Below, piece by piece: positions 1 to 8,873 of a DNA stretch of 64,000 nt; position 1 is the stretch's first letter; each line of letters begins with the position of its first letter. Origin of the DNA: Candidatus Oxydemutatoraceae bacterium (GTDB lineage: Bacteria; Pseudomonadota; Gammaproteobacteria; Poriferisulfidales; Oxydemutatoraceae). The notes beneath the pieces are model-generated. The model was given only the letters and a program-made list of their open reading frames with translations, searched no databases and had not been told where the DNA came from. The stretch is taken from NCBI GenBank assembly GCA_965223735.1, contig OZ245010.1:916924-980923 (forward strand), given 5' to 3'. Position numbers and translations under genes: made by a program.

Positions 1-1
1 G

Positions 2-865
2 ACCGGCATTGAAAGCAGGCGCCAGAACCCCGGCGCCATCGCCAATGAAGCCTTTCGCAAGGCAGTCTATGGAGACCACCCCTACGGGCATCCGGGATCG
101 GGCACCAGGGAAACCGTCACCGCGTTGACGCTCGGCGACCTCCGCCGCTTTCACCAAAAGCACTACGTCACCTCCAATCTGATCATCACCATGGTCGGCG
201 CAATATCGCGCGGGCAGGCGGCCCGGATTGCCGACCGGTTATCGGCGGCGCTGGCAACCGGCGAACCGGCCGAAGCGTTACCGCCGGCCCCGGCGCTGAA
301 AGAGGCGGTCACCGTACGCATCCCGTTCCCTTCCGAACAGGCTCACGTCAAAATAGGCCAGACACTGGTCAAAAATGATCATCCCGAAAAGCACGCGCTT
401 CTCCTCGGCAACAGAATACTCGGCAGCACCGGTTTCGGTTCGCGTCTGCTCGAAGAGATCCGCGTCAAGCGCGGACTCGCGTACAGCGCCGGCAGCCGCA
501 TCAGGCTGCCCGCCTCCACCGGCGTTTTCCTCGTATCCTTTCAGACCCGGCTGGACCAGGTGGACGAGGCGATCGCCACCGCGCACGAAGTATTGAATGA
601 ATTTGTCGCTTCCGGCCCCACCGAAGAAGAGATTGAACTGGCGCTCGACGGCATCCGCGGCGACAGCGTATTCAAAACGGACAGCAACGGGCGCATCATG
701 GCGGAAGTCAGCAGCATGGCCTTTCACAAGAAAAACCTGGACCACTTCCGGGACTATGTACGAAGGTTTGAAAAAGAAAGCCGCGGATCAGTCGCCGCCG
801 CCTACCGGAAGCACCTGAAACCGGGCAACATGGTCACCGTCATCGTCGGGGGCCCCGCCGAATAG
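2..865 (+). CDS. M16 (insulinase/pitrilysin-like) zinc peptidase, C-terminal part; ORF continues upstream of the window
   Basis: Open frame from position 2 (TGIESRRQNPGAIANEAFRKAVYGDHPYGHPG...) through the listed 125..865 ORF. Inactive C-terminal M16 domain pattern. Confidence 0.55.
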   Translation, partial: TGIESRRQNPGAIANEAFRKAVYGDHPYGHPGSGTRETVTALTLGDLRRFHQKHYVTSNLIITMVGAISRGQAARIADRLSAALATGEPAEALPPAPALKEAVTVRIPFPSEQAHVKIGQTLVKNDHPEKHALLLGNRILGSTGFGSRLLEEIRVKRGLAYSAGSRIRLPASTGVFLVSFQTRLDQVDEAIATAHEVLNEFVASGPTEEEIELALDGIRGDSVFKTDSNGRIMAEVSSMAFHKKNLDHFRDYVRRFEKESRGSVAAAYRKHLKPGNMVTVIVGGPAE

Positions 866-871
866 CCGGCC

Positions 872-1444
872 GTGAACGCCCGCACCAAAGCGCAACTGCG
901 TATCATCGGCGGCCGGTGGGCACGGCACAATCTCAAATTCCTCGACCTGCCGGAAGTCCGCCCGACGCCGAACCGCGTGCGCGAAACGCTGTTCAACTGG
1001 CTCGCGCCGTACATTGAAGGCGCGGCCTGCCTCGACCTGTTCGCCGGCAGCGGCGCCCTGGGCTTTGAAGCGGTCTCGCGCGGCGCAGCCTCGGCAACGT
1101 TGGTCGAGAGCAACCGGCGGATCTGCACGCAGATCAAAAGTGAAATCGCCCGCTTTGATACCGGCGCAATAAAAGTTATCGCCGCCGACGCACACGCTTT
1201 TGTACGGCAAACACGCAACCGGTATGACATCGTCTTTCTCGACCCGCCGTTCGGCGGCGGCGTTGCGCAAAAAACACTGACCGCACTGGCGGAGAACGGG
1301 CATATCCTGTCGCCAGCGTCTTTGGTCTATGTCGAGTGGAGATCAGAAACCGGGATTGCGCCACCCGCCGGTCTGAACATATTGCGTCAAAAGCAGGCGT
1401 CGGAGGTTCAATACGCCCTGCTCGGCGGGCAACGTGTTGCCTGA
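872..1444 (+). CDS. rsmD: 16S rRNA (guanine966-N2)-methyltransferase RsmD
   Basis: RIIGGRWARHNL...RPTPNRVRETLFNWL...LDLFAGSGALGFEAVSRGA...DIVFLDPPF are RsmD signature motifs. GTG start. Confidence 0.8.
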   Translation: MNARTKAQLRIIGGRWARHNLKFLDLPEVRPTPNRVRETLFNWLAPYIEGAACLDLFAGSGALGFEAVSRGAASATLVESNRRICTQIKSEIARFDTGAIKVIAADAHAFVRQTRNRYDIVFLDPPFGGGVAQKTLTALAENGHILSPASLVYVEWRSETGIAPPAGLNILRQKQASEVQYALLGGQRVA

Positions 1445-1498
1445 CATCCGGGGCGCGGCGCGCGAACGCTCGGCTATAATCCGCCGCGAGGACACCCG

Positions 1499-2005
1499 AT
1501 GAAGATCACCGCTGTTTACCCCGGCACTTTCGACCCGATCACGAACGGCCATATAGACCTTGCGCGCAGGGCGGCGACACTGTTCAGCCGGGTGGTGATC
1601 GGCGTCGCTGCCGCCGAGGACGAAAACTCCCTGCTCGACCCACAGACGCGCGTGAGCATTGCGCGGGAGACTTTGTCCGACAACAACAGCATCGAGGTCT
1701 TCAGTTTTGACGGCCTGCTGGTCGATTTCGCAAAGCAACACGACGCGCGCGTGATCCTGCGCGGACTGCGTGCGGTATCGGACTTTGAGTATGAATTCCG
1801 TCTGGCCGGCATGAACCGCCAACTCGACAAGAACCTGGAGTCGGTGTTTCTGACGCCGGCCGATGAATACACTTTCATTTCTTCGAGCCTGATCCGGGAA
1901 ATTGCATTGCTGGACGGGGACATCTCGCGCTTCGTGCCCGCGGCCGTCGCACGGGCTGTTGCTCAAGCCGTCGAACGGCGCCGCAAAAAACCGCCCCGAT
2001 CCTGA
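1499..2005 (+). CDS. coaD: phosphopantetheine adenylyltransferase
   Basis: MKITAVYPGTFDPITNGHIDL N-terminus and overall CoaD length (168 aa). Confidence 0.9.
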   Translation: MKITAVYPGTFDPITNGHIDLARRAATLFSRVVIGVAAAEDENSLLDPQTRVSIARETLSDNNSIEVFSFDGLLVDFAKQHDARVILRGLRAVSDFEYEFRLAGMNRQLDKNLESVFLTPADEYTFISSSLIREIALLDGDISRFVPAAVARAVAQAVERRRKKPPRS

Positions 2006-2076
2006 CACCCGCTTTATCCCTGATCAGCGCAGCGACCGGCCGCGCCGACGACGACGAACTGAAACAAACCTGACCC

Positions 2077-3774
2077 ATGCTCCCGTTCTTCAGCAGATTG
2101 TTCTCCGCAGCTTTGCTGTTGCTTGTCGCCTGTACCGTGCAGGCCGCGCCGGCCGCACCGGCAAAATACGCGCTCGCAACCGCCCACCCTCAAGCCACCC
2201 AGGCGGGCGCAAAGATCCTCGACGCCGGCGGCAACGCGTTTGACGCGGCGGTGGCGGTTGCCGCAATGCTGGCGGTGGTTGAACCGTATTCGTCGGGTAT
2301 CGGCGGCGGTGGATTCTGGCTTCTGTACCGCGCCGAAAACAACCAAGAAGTCATGCTCGACGGTCGTGAACGCGCGCCGTACGCCGCCCACCGCGATATG
2401 TTCCTCGACAAAAACGGAGACGTTATCCCGAAACGCTCGGTTGACGGCGTACTCGCCGCGGGCATCCCGGGGCTGCCGGCCGCACTGGTCTATCTCGCAA
2501 AGCACTACGGCCGCCTGCCGCTTTCAACGACGCTGGCGCCTGCAATTCAATCTGCGATACGGGGTTTCGCCGCCGACAAAAAATTCATCCGCCTGCTGCG
2601 TCTGCGCCTCGACGCGGTCCGCGCCTCACCCGCATCGGCGGGTGTTTTTCTGGCTGACGGCAACCCGCCTGAACCGGGACAACTGATCCGCCAGCCGGAA
2701 CTCGCCGAAGTCCTGAACCGGATCGCGGTACAGGGCAGGGACGGCTTCTACCGCGGCGAAACCGCTGAAAAACTTGTCCGCGGCGTCGCCGCGGCGGGCG
2801 GCATCTGGCGGCGCGAGGACTTGACCGAATACGAGGTCGTCGTCAGAACTCCCGTACGCTTCTCCTACCGGAACGCACGTATCACCAGCGCCGCGCTGCC
2901 ATCGTCCGGTGGCATCGTCATGGCGGAGATATTCAACATCCTCTCGCACTTTGACATCGCGTCGATGAACGAAACTGAAAAGACGCACCATCTGGTCGAA
3001 GCGATGCGTCTCGCCTACCGCGACCGCGCGCGTCATCTCGGCGATCCTGATTTCGTCCCGGTGCCGACAGCGGAACTGACGAGCCCGTCCTACGCCGCCG
3101 GGCTGGCGAAAACGATCGACAAGACACGCGCCGGCGGCAACCCGTCCGGCGACAAAACCGGCGACGCAGATGGCGATGCCGGCGGCGAAGGCAGAAACAC
3201 CACGCATTACTCGATTATTGACGCCGAAGGCAACCGCGTCGCCGCCACACTGTCGATCAACTATCCGTTCGGCTCCGGTTTCACCGCGCCCGGCACCGGC
3301 GTTTTACTGAACAACGAGATGGACGATTTCGTCGCAAAACCCGGCACCCCGAACCTGTACGGCCTGGTCGGCGGCAAGGCCAATTCCGTCGCGCCCGGCA
3401 AGCGCATGCTGTCGAGCATGTCGCCGACCTTCATCGACGACGGACAGCGCGTCGCAATTCTCGGCACGCCCGGCGGCAGCCGCATCATCACAATGGTCAC
3501 GCTCGCGATACTCAGATTCCTCGGCGGAGACAACGCGGAGGCCATCGTGTCGGGAAAGCGCTTCCATCACCAATACCTTCCCGACTCAATCCAGTTTGAA
3601 CCACAAGCGCTCGGCGCGAATGCACAGAAACAGTTAAAAGCAATGGGGCACCGACTGACCCCGCTCAAAAGGAATTACGGCAATATGCAGATCGTGATCT
3701 GGAACTACAAGAACAATACGCTGAGCGCCGCCGCCGACCCCCGCGGCATCGGATCGGCACACATACAACAATGA
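2077..3774 (+). CDS. ggt: gamma-glutamyltranspeptidase (secreted)
   Basis: Signal peptide, then a GGT fold with the TTHYSIIDAEGN autoprocessing threonine region and GGSRIITMV. 565 aa. Confidence 0.85.
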   Translation: MLPFFSRLFSAALLLLVACTVQAAPAAPAKYALATAHPQATQAGAKILDAGGNAFDAAVAVAAMLAVVEPYSSGIGGGGFWLLYRAENNQEVMLDGRERAPYAAHRDMFLDKNGDVIPKRSVDGVLAAGIPGLPAALVYLAKHYGRLPLSTTLAPAIQSAIRGFAADKKFIRLLRLRLDAVRASPASAGVFLADGNPPEPGQLIRQPELAEVLNRIAVQGRDGFYRGETAEKLVRGVAAAGGIWRREDLTEYEVVVRTPVRFSYRNARITSAALPSSGGIVMAEIFNILSHFDIASMNETEKTHHLVEAMRLAYRDRARHLGDPDFVPVPTAELTSPSYAAGLAKTIDKTRAGGNPSGDKTGDADGDAGGEGRNTTHYSIIDAEGNRVAATLSINYPFGSGFTAPGTGVLLNNEMDDFVAKPGTPNLYGLVGGKANSVAPGKRMLSSMSPTFIDDGQRVAILGTPGGSRIITMVTLAILRFLGGDNAEAIVSGKRFHHQYLPDSIQFEPQALGANAQKQLKAMGHRLTPLKRNYGNMQIVIWNYKNNTLSAAADPRGIGSAHIQQ

Positions 3775-3865
3775 CGCTGTTGACACCCGGCGTCCTGACG
3801 CCTCCCCCGGTCCCCTTCCCTCTTCACCGTGGCGGTAAACCAGCGATGACGGCGCGGATAAGCGC

Positions 3866-4744
3866 TCATGGCGCGGGAAGCAGCGCGTCGGTTTTGTCGG
3901 CCAGATAATAAGCAAACAAACCAATCCACCTTTTGACCGCCTCATTAAATTCCCATACACGACTGAAGGAAAACCATTGCGGCGAGAATTGATAACTGCC
4001 GTCGGTCCTGAAATCCACCGGTACAGCGACCACATCCCAACCGGCACGACGGAACACACCGACGCTTCTCGGTATATGTGCCGCCGAAGTCACAAGCAGC
4101 CACACTTCTCCGGGCACGGGACGCGCCAGGCGCTTTGTGTACACTGCATTCTCATAGGTGTTGCGCGCACGGGTTTCATAACGGATCCGGCCACCGTCCG
4201 CCCTCTGCGATTCAAAAAAAGCCTGCGCGACCGTATGGGCACCGGCATCCCCGGGAATAAGGCGGCCCGAGTACCCGCTGAAAAAAACCCGCGCGCGCGG
4301 AAACCGGCGCATCAAAGCCATGGTTTCCGTCAGGCGTTCGGCGTCGCTGCCCAGCGCGGGTTGCCCGCGCCGCCGGCTGATATCAGCGTCCAGATGACCC
4401 GAAAGCACGACGATGCCGGTCACGTTGGCAGGCAGATCGCGCACAACGGGAAACCGATTCTCAAGTACCGTCGTGAGCCAAGCATTCACGGGGAAAATGC
4501 CGAGCAGCAGCACGACAAGTAACACACTCGTGACCAGCAATCGCCCACCCCTTGAAAACTGCGTCCATAAAAGCAGCCCGCCCGCGGCCAACAGCCACAG
4601 CAGAACATTAAGCGGCTGCAACAAATTCCAGAAAACCTTTGAGACGATAAAAAACAGGGTATCCACGGCAATTATTTCTGACACCTCGTGCAATAAAAAG
4701 ACGAGCGCTGCCCGATCACACGGCGCACGATATTGCCCGCACAT
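3866..4744 (-). CDS. DUF218 (YdcF/ElyC/SanA-like) membrane-anchored protein
   Basis: N-terminal TM helices, then a DUF218-like core (VLSGH...GYSG...GDAGAHTVAQ pattern). Confidence 0.5.
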   Translation of the reverse strand: MCGQYRAPCDRAALVFLLHEVSEIIAVDTLFFIVSKVFWNLLQPLNVLLWLLAAGGLLLWTQFSRGGRLLVTSVLLVVLLLGIFPVNAWLTTVLENRFPVVRDLPANVTGIVVLSGHLDADISRRRGQPALGSDAERLTETMALMRRFPRARVFFSGYSGRLIPGDAGAHTVAQAFFESQRADGGRIRYETRARNTYENAVYTKRLARPVPGEVWLLVTSAAHIPRSVGVFRRAGWDVVAVPVDFRTDGSYQFSPQWFSFSRVWEFNEAVKRWIGLFAYYLADKTDALLPAP

Positions 4745-5499
4745 TGCGGGCAGGACAAGCCGCCGCGGCCGTACACCTTCAGGGCATGGCGAAAATAGCC
4801 GGGGCGCCCGTCCTCACGAACAAAGTCCCTCAACGTCGTGCCACCTTGCCTGATCGCGCCTTTCAATACTTCGCGGATTGCCGCGGCGAGCGCGTCATAA
4901 CGCGCCTCCGAGACGCACCCGGCACGGCGCGCGGGATGGATGCCCGCCACGAACAACGCCTCGTTGGCATAAATGTTGCCGACTCCGACCACCACTTTCG
5001 AGTCCATGATGAATGACTTGACCGGCACCGTACGCCCGCGCGACCTGCGGTAAAGATAAGCGCCGTCAAACACGTCGCCCAGCGGCTCCGGCCCAAGCGA
5101 CGCAAGCAGCGCGTGGCGCAGCGGGTCGCGCATGACCCACAGTACGACGCCGAACTTGCGCGGATCCCTGAAACGCAATACCCGATCGCAGCCTCTGTTG
5201 CAGGCCAGCACAAGATCAAAGTGATCGTGCGGCGAAGGCGCAACGTCGGTGGCGATGACGCGCAGGCTGCCCGACATGCCGAGGTGCATGATCAGGGTGC
5301 CGCCGTCGGTGTGGATCAGCAGATATTTGCCGCGGCGCGACACGCGCCCGACGGTGCAACCGACCGCTTTCTTTTCGATCCCCGGCGTCACCGGGCGACG
5401 CAGCCGCCGCTGGCGCACGACCGCCCTGCGGATACGAAACCCCACGAGGTGAGGCTCGACGCCGCGGCGCGTGGTCTCGACTTCCGGCAACTCAGGCAC
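4672..5499 (-). CDS. mutM: formamidopyrimidine-DNA glycosylase (Fpg/MutM)
   Basis: The GTG start gives (M)PELPEVETTRRG. H2TH domain and C-terminal zinc finger (CPQCAGNIVRRVIGQRSSFYCTRCQ). The listed 325-aa ORF over-extends upstream past the true GTG. Confidence 0.85.
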   Translation of the reverse strand: MPELPEVETTRRGVEPHLVGFRIRRAVVRQRRLRRPVTPGIEKKAVGCTVGRVSRRGKYLLIHTDGGTLIMHLGMSGSLRVIATDVAPSPHDHFDLVLACNRGCDRVLRFRDPRKFGVVLWVMRDPLRHALLASLGPEPLGDVFDGAYLYRRSRGRTVPVKSFIMDSKVVVGVGNIYANEALFVAGIHPARRAGCVSEARYDALAAAIREVLKGAIRQGGTTLRDFVREDGRPGYFRHALKVYGRGGLSCPQCAGNIVRRVIGQRSSFYCTRCQK

Positions 5500-5509
5500 G
5501 TCTAAGGGG

Positions 5510-6445
5510 TCAAACAACCAGTGCCTCGATCTCGACACACAGTTCCGGACGACATATCTCTCCCTCGAACAAGGCAACCGATTCGGCCGTGAACTCCGAC
5601 GCGGCAAGCAATTTACGCACCGTGTCGACATAGTCGGCTCGCGCGACATAAATTTTCAAAGAAGTCAGGTGCTGAGACGCGCTGAAATCCGGCATCTCGT
5701 CGATCAGCGCGCGCAGATTGAGAAGCGCCTCGCGCAGTTGCGCCGCCGGATCGCCGGGATGCCGCGACTCATGGCCGACAATGCCCGCGGTGCCCGACAC
5801 GTAAAAATGCGTGCGCCCCTCCCACGCCTTGCAGACTGCGCGCGCGAACAACGGACGTTCCCGCGCCGCCGACAGCGGATAGCGCCAGGCGCTGACCTGG
5901 CGCGGATTCTCAACCATCGTGCCCGACGTGCGCGACGCGAGAAAATACATCACGCCGGAAGCAGCGTGCGTGCCGATCACGGTGGCGGCACAGTAACTCC
6001 GTTTGGGCGACGCCTCGAACGCCGCAAACCGGCCACGGCAAAAGTGCCGGTAGCGCGATACACCCGCCTCCCGCGCGTGAATGTCCGGCAGGTAATGCCA
6101 AGCCCTCAATAAATGAGCAAACCCCAACCCTCCAAACACCCGGAACATGTCCTCATACGCCGCGCGCGTTGCCGCCTCGAGCGACCCGGCGAGGTCAAGG
6201 TACAACCAGCCGAAACAGATCTCTCCGTTATGAGCATAATGGAAAGCGCCGTCGTGGCCGCGCGCAACCGGTGTGGAACTGACCCAGTCCTCGGCGGCGG
6301 CAGTGCCAACGAGCGGACGCAGGCCGGTATGCACCACCGGCTCCCCGCCGCCGCCGTGCGACGGGTCGGGATCAAACGCGACACGGACCAGCAGACCCGT
6401 GTCAGGCTTGTCGTCCCGGTCTGCAGATCGGACATGAATTCGCAT
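5510..6445 (-). CDS. chorismatase-like (FkbO/Hyg5/XanB2-type) protein with C-terminal RidA/YjgF-fold domain
   Basis: The C-terminal ~110 aa (AAQLREALLNLRALIDEM...LKIYVARADYVDTV...EGEICRPELCVEIEALV) look like a YjgF/RidA fold. The N-terminal ~200 aa resemble the chorismatase N-domain. The start is likely the internal Met (MRIHV...). Confidence 0.35.
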   Translation of the reverse strand: MRIHVRSADRDDKPDTGLLVRVAFDPDPSHGGGGEPVVHTGLRPLVGTAAAEDWVSSTPVARGHDGAFHYAHNGEICFGWLYLDLAGSLEAATRAAYEDMFRVFGGLGFAHLLRAWHYLPDIHAREAGVSRYRHFCRGRFAAFEASPKRSYCAATVIGTHAASGVMYFLASRTSGTMVENPRQVSAWRYPLSAARERPLFARAVCKAWEGRTHFYVSGTAGIVGHESRHPGDPAAQLREALLNLRALIDEMPDFSASQHLTSLKIYVARADYVDTVRKLLAASEFTAESVALFEGEICRPELCVEIEALVV

Positions 6446-6556
6446 GGGACGCCGATTATATAGCCGCCGCCAGTGTTCGAGGCCATGTTCGAGGCCACCA
6501 CCTTTGGGACACAAGAGGCAGACGTTTTGCGCGCTTATGGCAGGGCGTCAAGTTTG

Positions 6557-6702
6557 TATCAGGCTGCCTGGGGTCATCCCGAAGTTGACGTGCAGGTTGT
6601 CGGTCGGCGTTGTTGGTTGGCGTGGTGCCCCGCGCGCAGATGTCGCGGCAACCCGGGCAGGCCTGAAACATCGGAGACCAAGTTGCGGGGGCGGTTCAGC
6701 GC
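6557..6702 (-). repeat. ~145-bp IS-derived repeat, copy A (inverted copy of 17413..17555)
   Basis: About 85-90% identical to 17413..17555 in reverse complement (gcgytgaaccgcccccgcaac...cttcgggatgaccc). Copy B lies within the open frame at the 3' end of an rve-type transposase pseudogene. Confidence 0.6.
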
Positions 6703-6832
6703 ATTGCGGCAGAGGCGGCGCAAGTGGAGTACGGGGAGGGGGCCGCGACGGGCGCGGCGTCTTTGGTCTGGCGGAGAAAGAGGGTCTGGCGGAGAACGTG
6801 GAGGAGTGTAGCCGGGAACTGGATTGGTGAGT

Positions 6833-7088
6833 TGGAAGATCGTCTATACAAGGCAGGCGCAAAAAGACGCAAAGAAACCTGCTGGATCGGGATTGAAGCA
6901 CCAAAGCACAGGAATTGCTGGAAACGCTGCGAAACCCGTACCGGGCATTACCACCCTCCGAGAAGCTGGTTGGAGATCTGACCGGCGCTTATGCCCGGCG
7001 GATCGACATCCGGCATCGGCTGGTCTATCAGGCGCCCGATCCCGTGCGCATCGTGAAAGTCATCCGGATGTGGACGCATTACGAGTGA
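6833..7088 (+). pseudogene. YoeB/Txe (RelE/ParE superfamily) toxin gene remnant with frameshift
   Basis: One frame gives (V)SWKIVYTRQAQKDAKK (toxin N-terminus). A second frame gives ...AQELLETLRNPYRALPPSEKLVGDLTGAYARRIDIRHRLVYQAPDPVRIVKVIRMWTHYE*, which is the YoeB-like C-terminus (RRI..HRLVY..HY). A frameshift falls near 6890-6900. Confidence 0.45.
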
Positions 7089-7281
7089 GTCGATGCGACA
7101 ACGGCTTCAAGGAAGGCCAAAAAAGCGCCGGGGTTCGCAGCCGCTACTGCCCGGCGCCCCGTCTTCCTGACAGCACTATTGGGCTGCACTCAAATTCCCT
7201 GTGCAGCCAGGACTGTCGCTCATGGACACCACCCGGCACGCCAGCATCGACCTTGATCGACGCTGTTCCGGCAGCAGGCGG

Positions 7282-7397
7282 CCTGAGCCAACCGGAACCC
7301 GTTATTGTTGTTGCGGTTGTTGCGGTTGTTCCTGTTGCGGTTCGCCGCACGCAGGTTCCCGGCGTTGTTGTTGTTCCAGGAGCCCCCGCGAAGCACG
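7282..7397 (-). repeat. DGR template repeat (TR)
   Basis: 116 bp, co-linear with VR1 (8882..8996) and VR2 (15019..15133). The coding sense is AAC-rich (..SWNNNNAGNLRAANRNRNNRNNRNNNNGFRLAQ). Nearly all TR/VR mismatches sit at TR adenines. Confidence 0.8.
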
Positions 7398-8405
7398 GGC
7401 TCGTATGGCAACAGCCCTCGTAAACTTCACGCCGCCGAAGATATTGCGGCGCAATCCCCACGTCTCGCCATGCCGGGCGTGCCCTATCCAGCTCATCACG
7501 CCGGGCTGAAAATCCGACAATTCACGCCGCCCCGCACGGTACTCTTCCGCCATGCCGCGTAGTCGGCGGCGAAAGCGGTAGCCGTTATCGTTGCGCAGCC
7601 AGCGCCTGCCGGCCGTCAACTGAAACCCCAGCACGTCCTGCTTTTCGCTGGTCCGGCACAGCTGCTGCTTCAGCGGGTGCAGTTGCAGGCCCAAGACGCT
7701 CAACGCTTGACCTGCCCTGTCGCGCAAAGCCCACAGATCAGCCTTGTTGTCGCCGAACAGGAAGAAGTCATCGACATAGCGCATGTAACCCCCCGCCCGC
7801 CGTTGCAGCTCGTGGTCAAGGGCATTCAGGTACAGATTGGCCAGCACCTGGCTGGTCAGATTGCCGATCGGCAGCCCCCGCCTGTCCCCGGCGGAATCAA
7901 CGATGGCGTCGAGCGCCCGCAACGCATATTCATCTTTCAGATAACGCCGGATGCAGGCTTTCATCCCGTCGTGCGGGATCGAGGGGAAATAGGCCGCGAT
8001 GTCGAGATGCAGCACGTAGGCATAACGTCGGGCCTGCGCCTGGTAATAGTCCAGTGCGCGATGCACCCCCATGCCTTTGCGGCAGGCCCAGGATTGATCG
8101 ATCATCGATCGATCCAGCCACGGCTCGATGACGTTCATCAGCGCGTGATGAACCACCCGGTCGGCAAAAGGCGCGCAGGAGATCACTCTCGGCTTGCGTT
8201 CGTAGAGGGTGAATTGCCGGTAGCCGCCCGGCTGCCACGTGTTGCCCGCCAATCGCCGTTGCAACTCGATCAAGTTGGTTTCCAGATCCAGCGCGAAGCG
8301 GGCGACGTCATCGCGCCGGGCCTTGCCCCGCCGGGCTTTGCGCCAGGCGAGATGCAGATTGTCGAAACTGCACACCTGCGGCCAGATCCTGCCCAGGCGC
8401 TTCAT
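7302..8405 (-). CDS. DGR reverse transcriptase
   Basis: RT motifs including RYVDDFFLFG (YxDD). Immediately downstream of avd with a 4-bp overlap. The 3' end of the ORF reads through the TR in another frame (..QQPQQPQQQ). Confidence 0.85.
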   Translation of the reverse strand: MKRLGRIWPQVCSFDNLHLAWRKARRGKARRDDVARFALDLETNLIELQRRLAGNTWQPGGYRQFTLYERKPRVISCAPFADRVVHHALMNVIEPWLDRSMIDQSWACRKGMGVHRALDYYQAQARRYAYVLHLDIAAYFPSIPHDGMKACIRRYLKDEYALRALDAIVDSAGDRRGLPIGNLTSQVLANLYLNALDHELQRRAGGYMRYVDDFFLFGDNKADLWALRDRAGQALSVLGLQLHPLKQQLCRTSEKQDVLGFQLTAGRRWLRNDNGYRFRRRLRGMAEEYRAGRRELSDFQPGVMSWIGHARHGETWGLRRNIFGGVKFTRAVAIRARASRGLLEQQQRREPACGEPQQEQPQQPQQQ

Positions 8406-8764
8406 GCCGGCTTCGCCCGCGAAACACTTTTCAGCCAGCCGCCGATCTGCCTGCCCAGGTCCACCATCAACCGGGCGCCGTGCTGGTAAGCCTTATGCGA
8501 AATGGCCTTCAATTCATAAGCCAGACGCCACAGGTGCTTCAGCACGTTGAGTTTCTGACTGGCGTATTCAAGCGCGCCCGCTTTTCTGGCGCTGAAAGCG
8601 GCCTTGACCAGATGCTCCAGCACCAGCAGCGCGTGGTTCTCCAGCCTCTCCCCGAGGATGAAACGCCGCTTGCGGGGAAAGCGGTCGATCTGAGGGATCA
8701 GCCACCGGATCATCTGGTGGCAGGACTCCACCGCCTGCGGCAATTGGGGCGTTTTTTCGGTCAT
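8402..8764 (-). CDS. avd: DGR accessory variability determinant (Avd; four-helix-bundle protein)
   Basis: 120 aa. Resembles Bordetella phage bAvd (..FPRKRRFILGERLENHALLVLEHL..KLNVLKHLWRLAYELKAIS..DLGRQIGGWLKS). Positioned between target and RT. Confidence 0.7.
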   Translation of the reverse strand: MTEKTPQLPQAVESCHQMIRWLIPQIDRFPRKRRFILGERLENHALLVLEHLVKAAFSARKAGALEYASQKLNVLKHLWRLAYELKAISHKAYQHGARLMVDLGRQIGGWLKSVSRAKPA

Positions 8765-8805
8765 GGCCGCATCATCAGAATTTCCCCCGCTGACGCACGG
8801 GCCGA

Positions 8806-8823
8806 CGCCGCCTCACGGCGGCG
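8806..8823 (-). other. GC hairpin (7-bp stem CGCCGCC/GGCGGCG, GTGA-type 4-nt loop) downstream of VR1/IMH
   Basis: Perfect palindrome cgccgcc-tcac-ggcggcg about 55 nt 3' of VR1 on the coding strand. An identical copy lies at 14943..14960 after VR2. Position and geometry match the DGR homing hairpin. Confidence 0.6.
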
Positions 8824-8873
8824 CGGCTCGCTCACGCTCGCCGTCAAGGGTCCAAGCATCAAGCGCCAAGGGA

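Noticed and set aside
278-1303. Minus-strand ORFs 278..745, 788..1303 and 802..1230
   Set aside because: Antisense shadows of the M16 peptidase and rsmD genes in high-GC sequence.
6444-6830. Overlapping Gly/Arg-rich ORFs between the chorismatase-like gene and the toxin remnant
   Set aside because: No protein-like pattern. Region interpreted as eroded IS/antitoxin DNA.
7220-7411. 63-aa ORF MPYEPVLRGGSWNNNNAGNLRAANRNRNN... as a separate gene
   Set aside because: It is simply the TR read in the target-gene frame. The TR is a template, not a protein-coding gene.
7677-8489. 270-aa plus-strand ORF; 9087..9803 and 15044..16048 plus-strand ORFs
   Set aside because: They are shadow ORFs in GC-rich DNA, antisense to the DGR RT and to the two DGR target genes respectively. 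They lack domain-like sequence and are Pro/Arg/His-rich.
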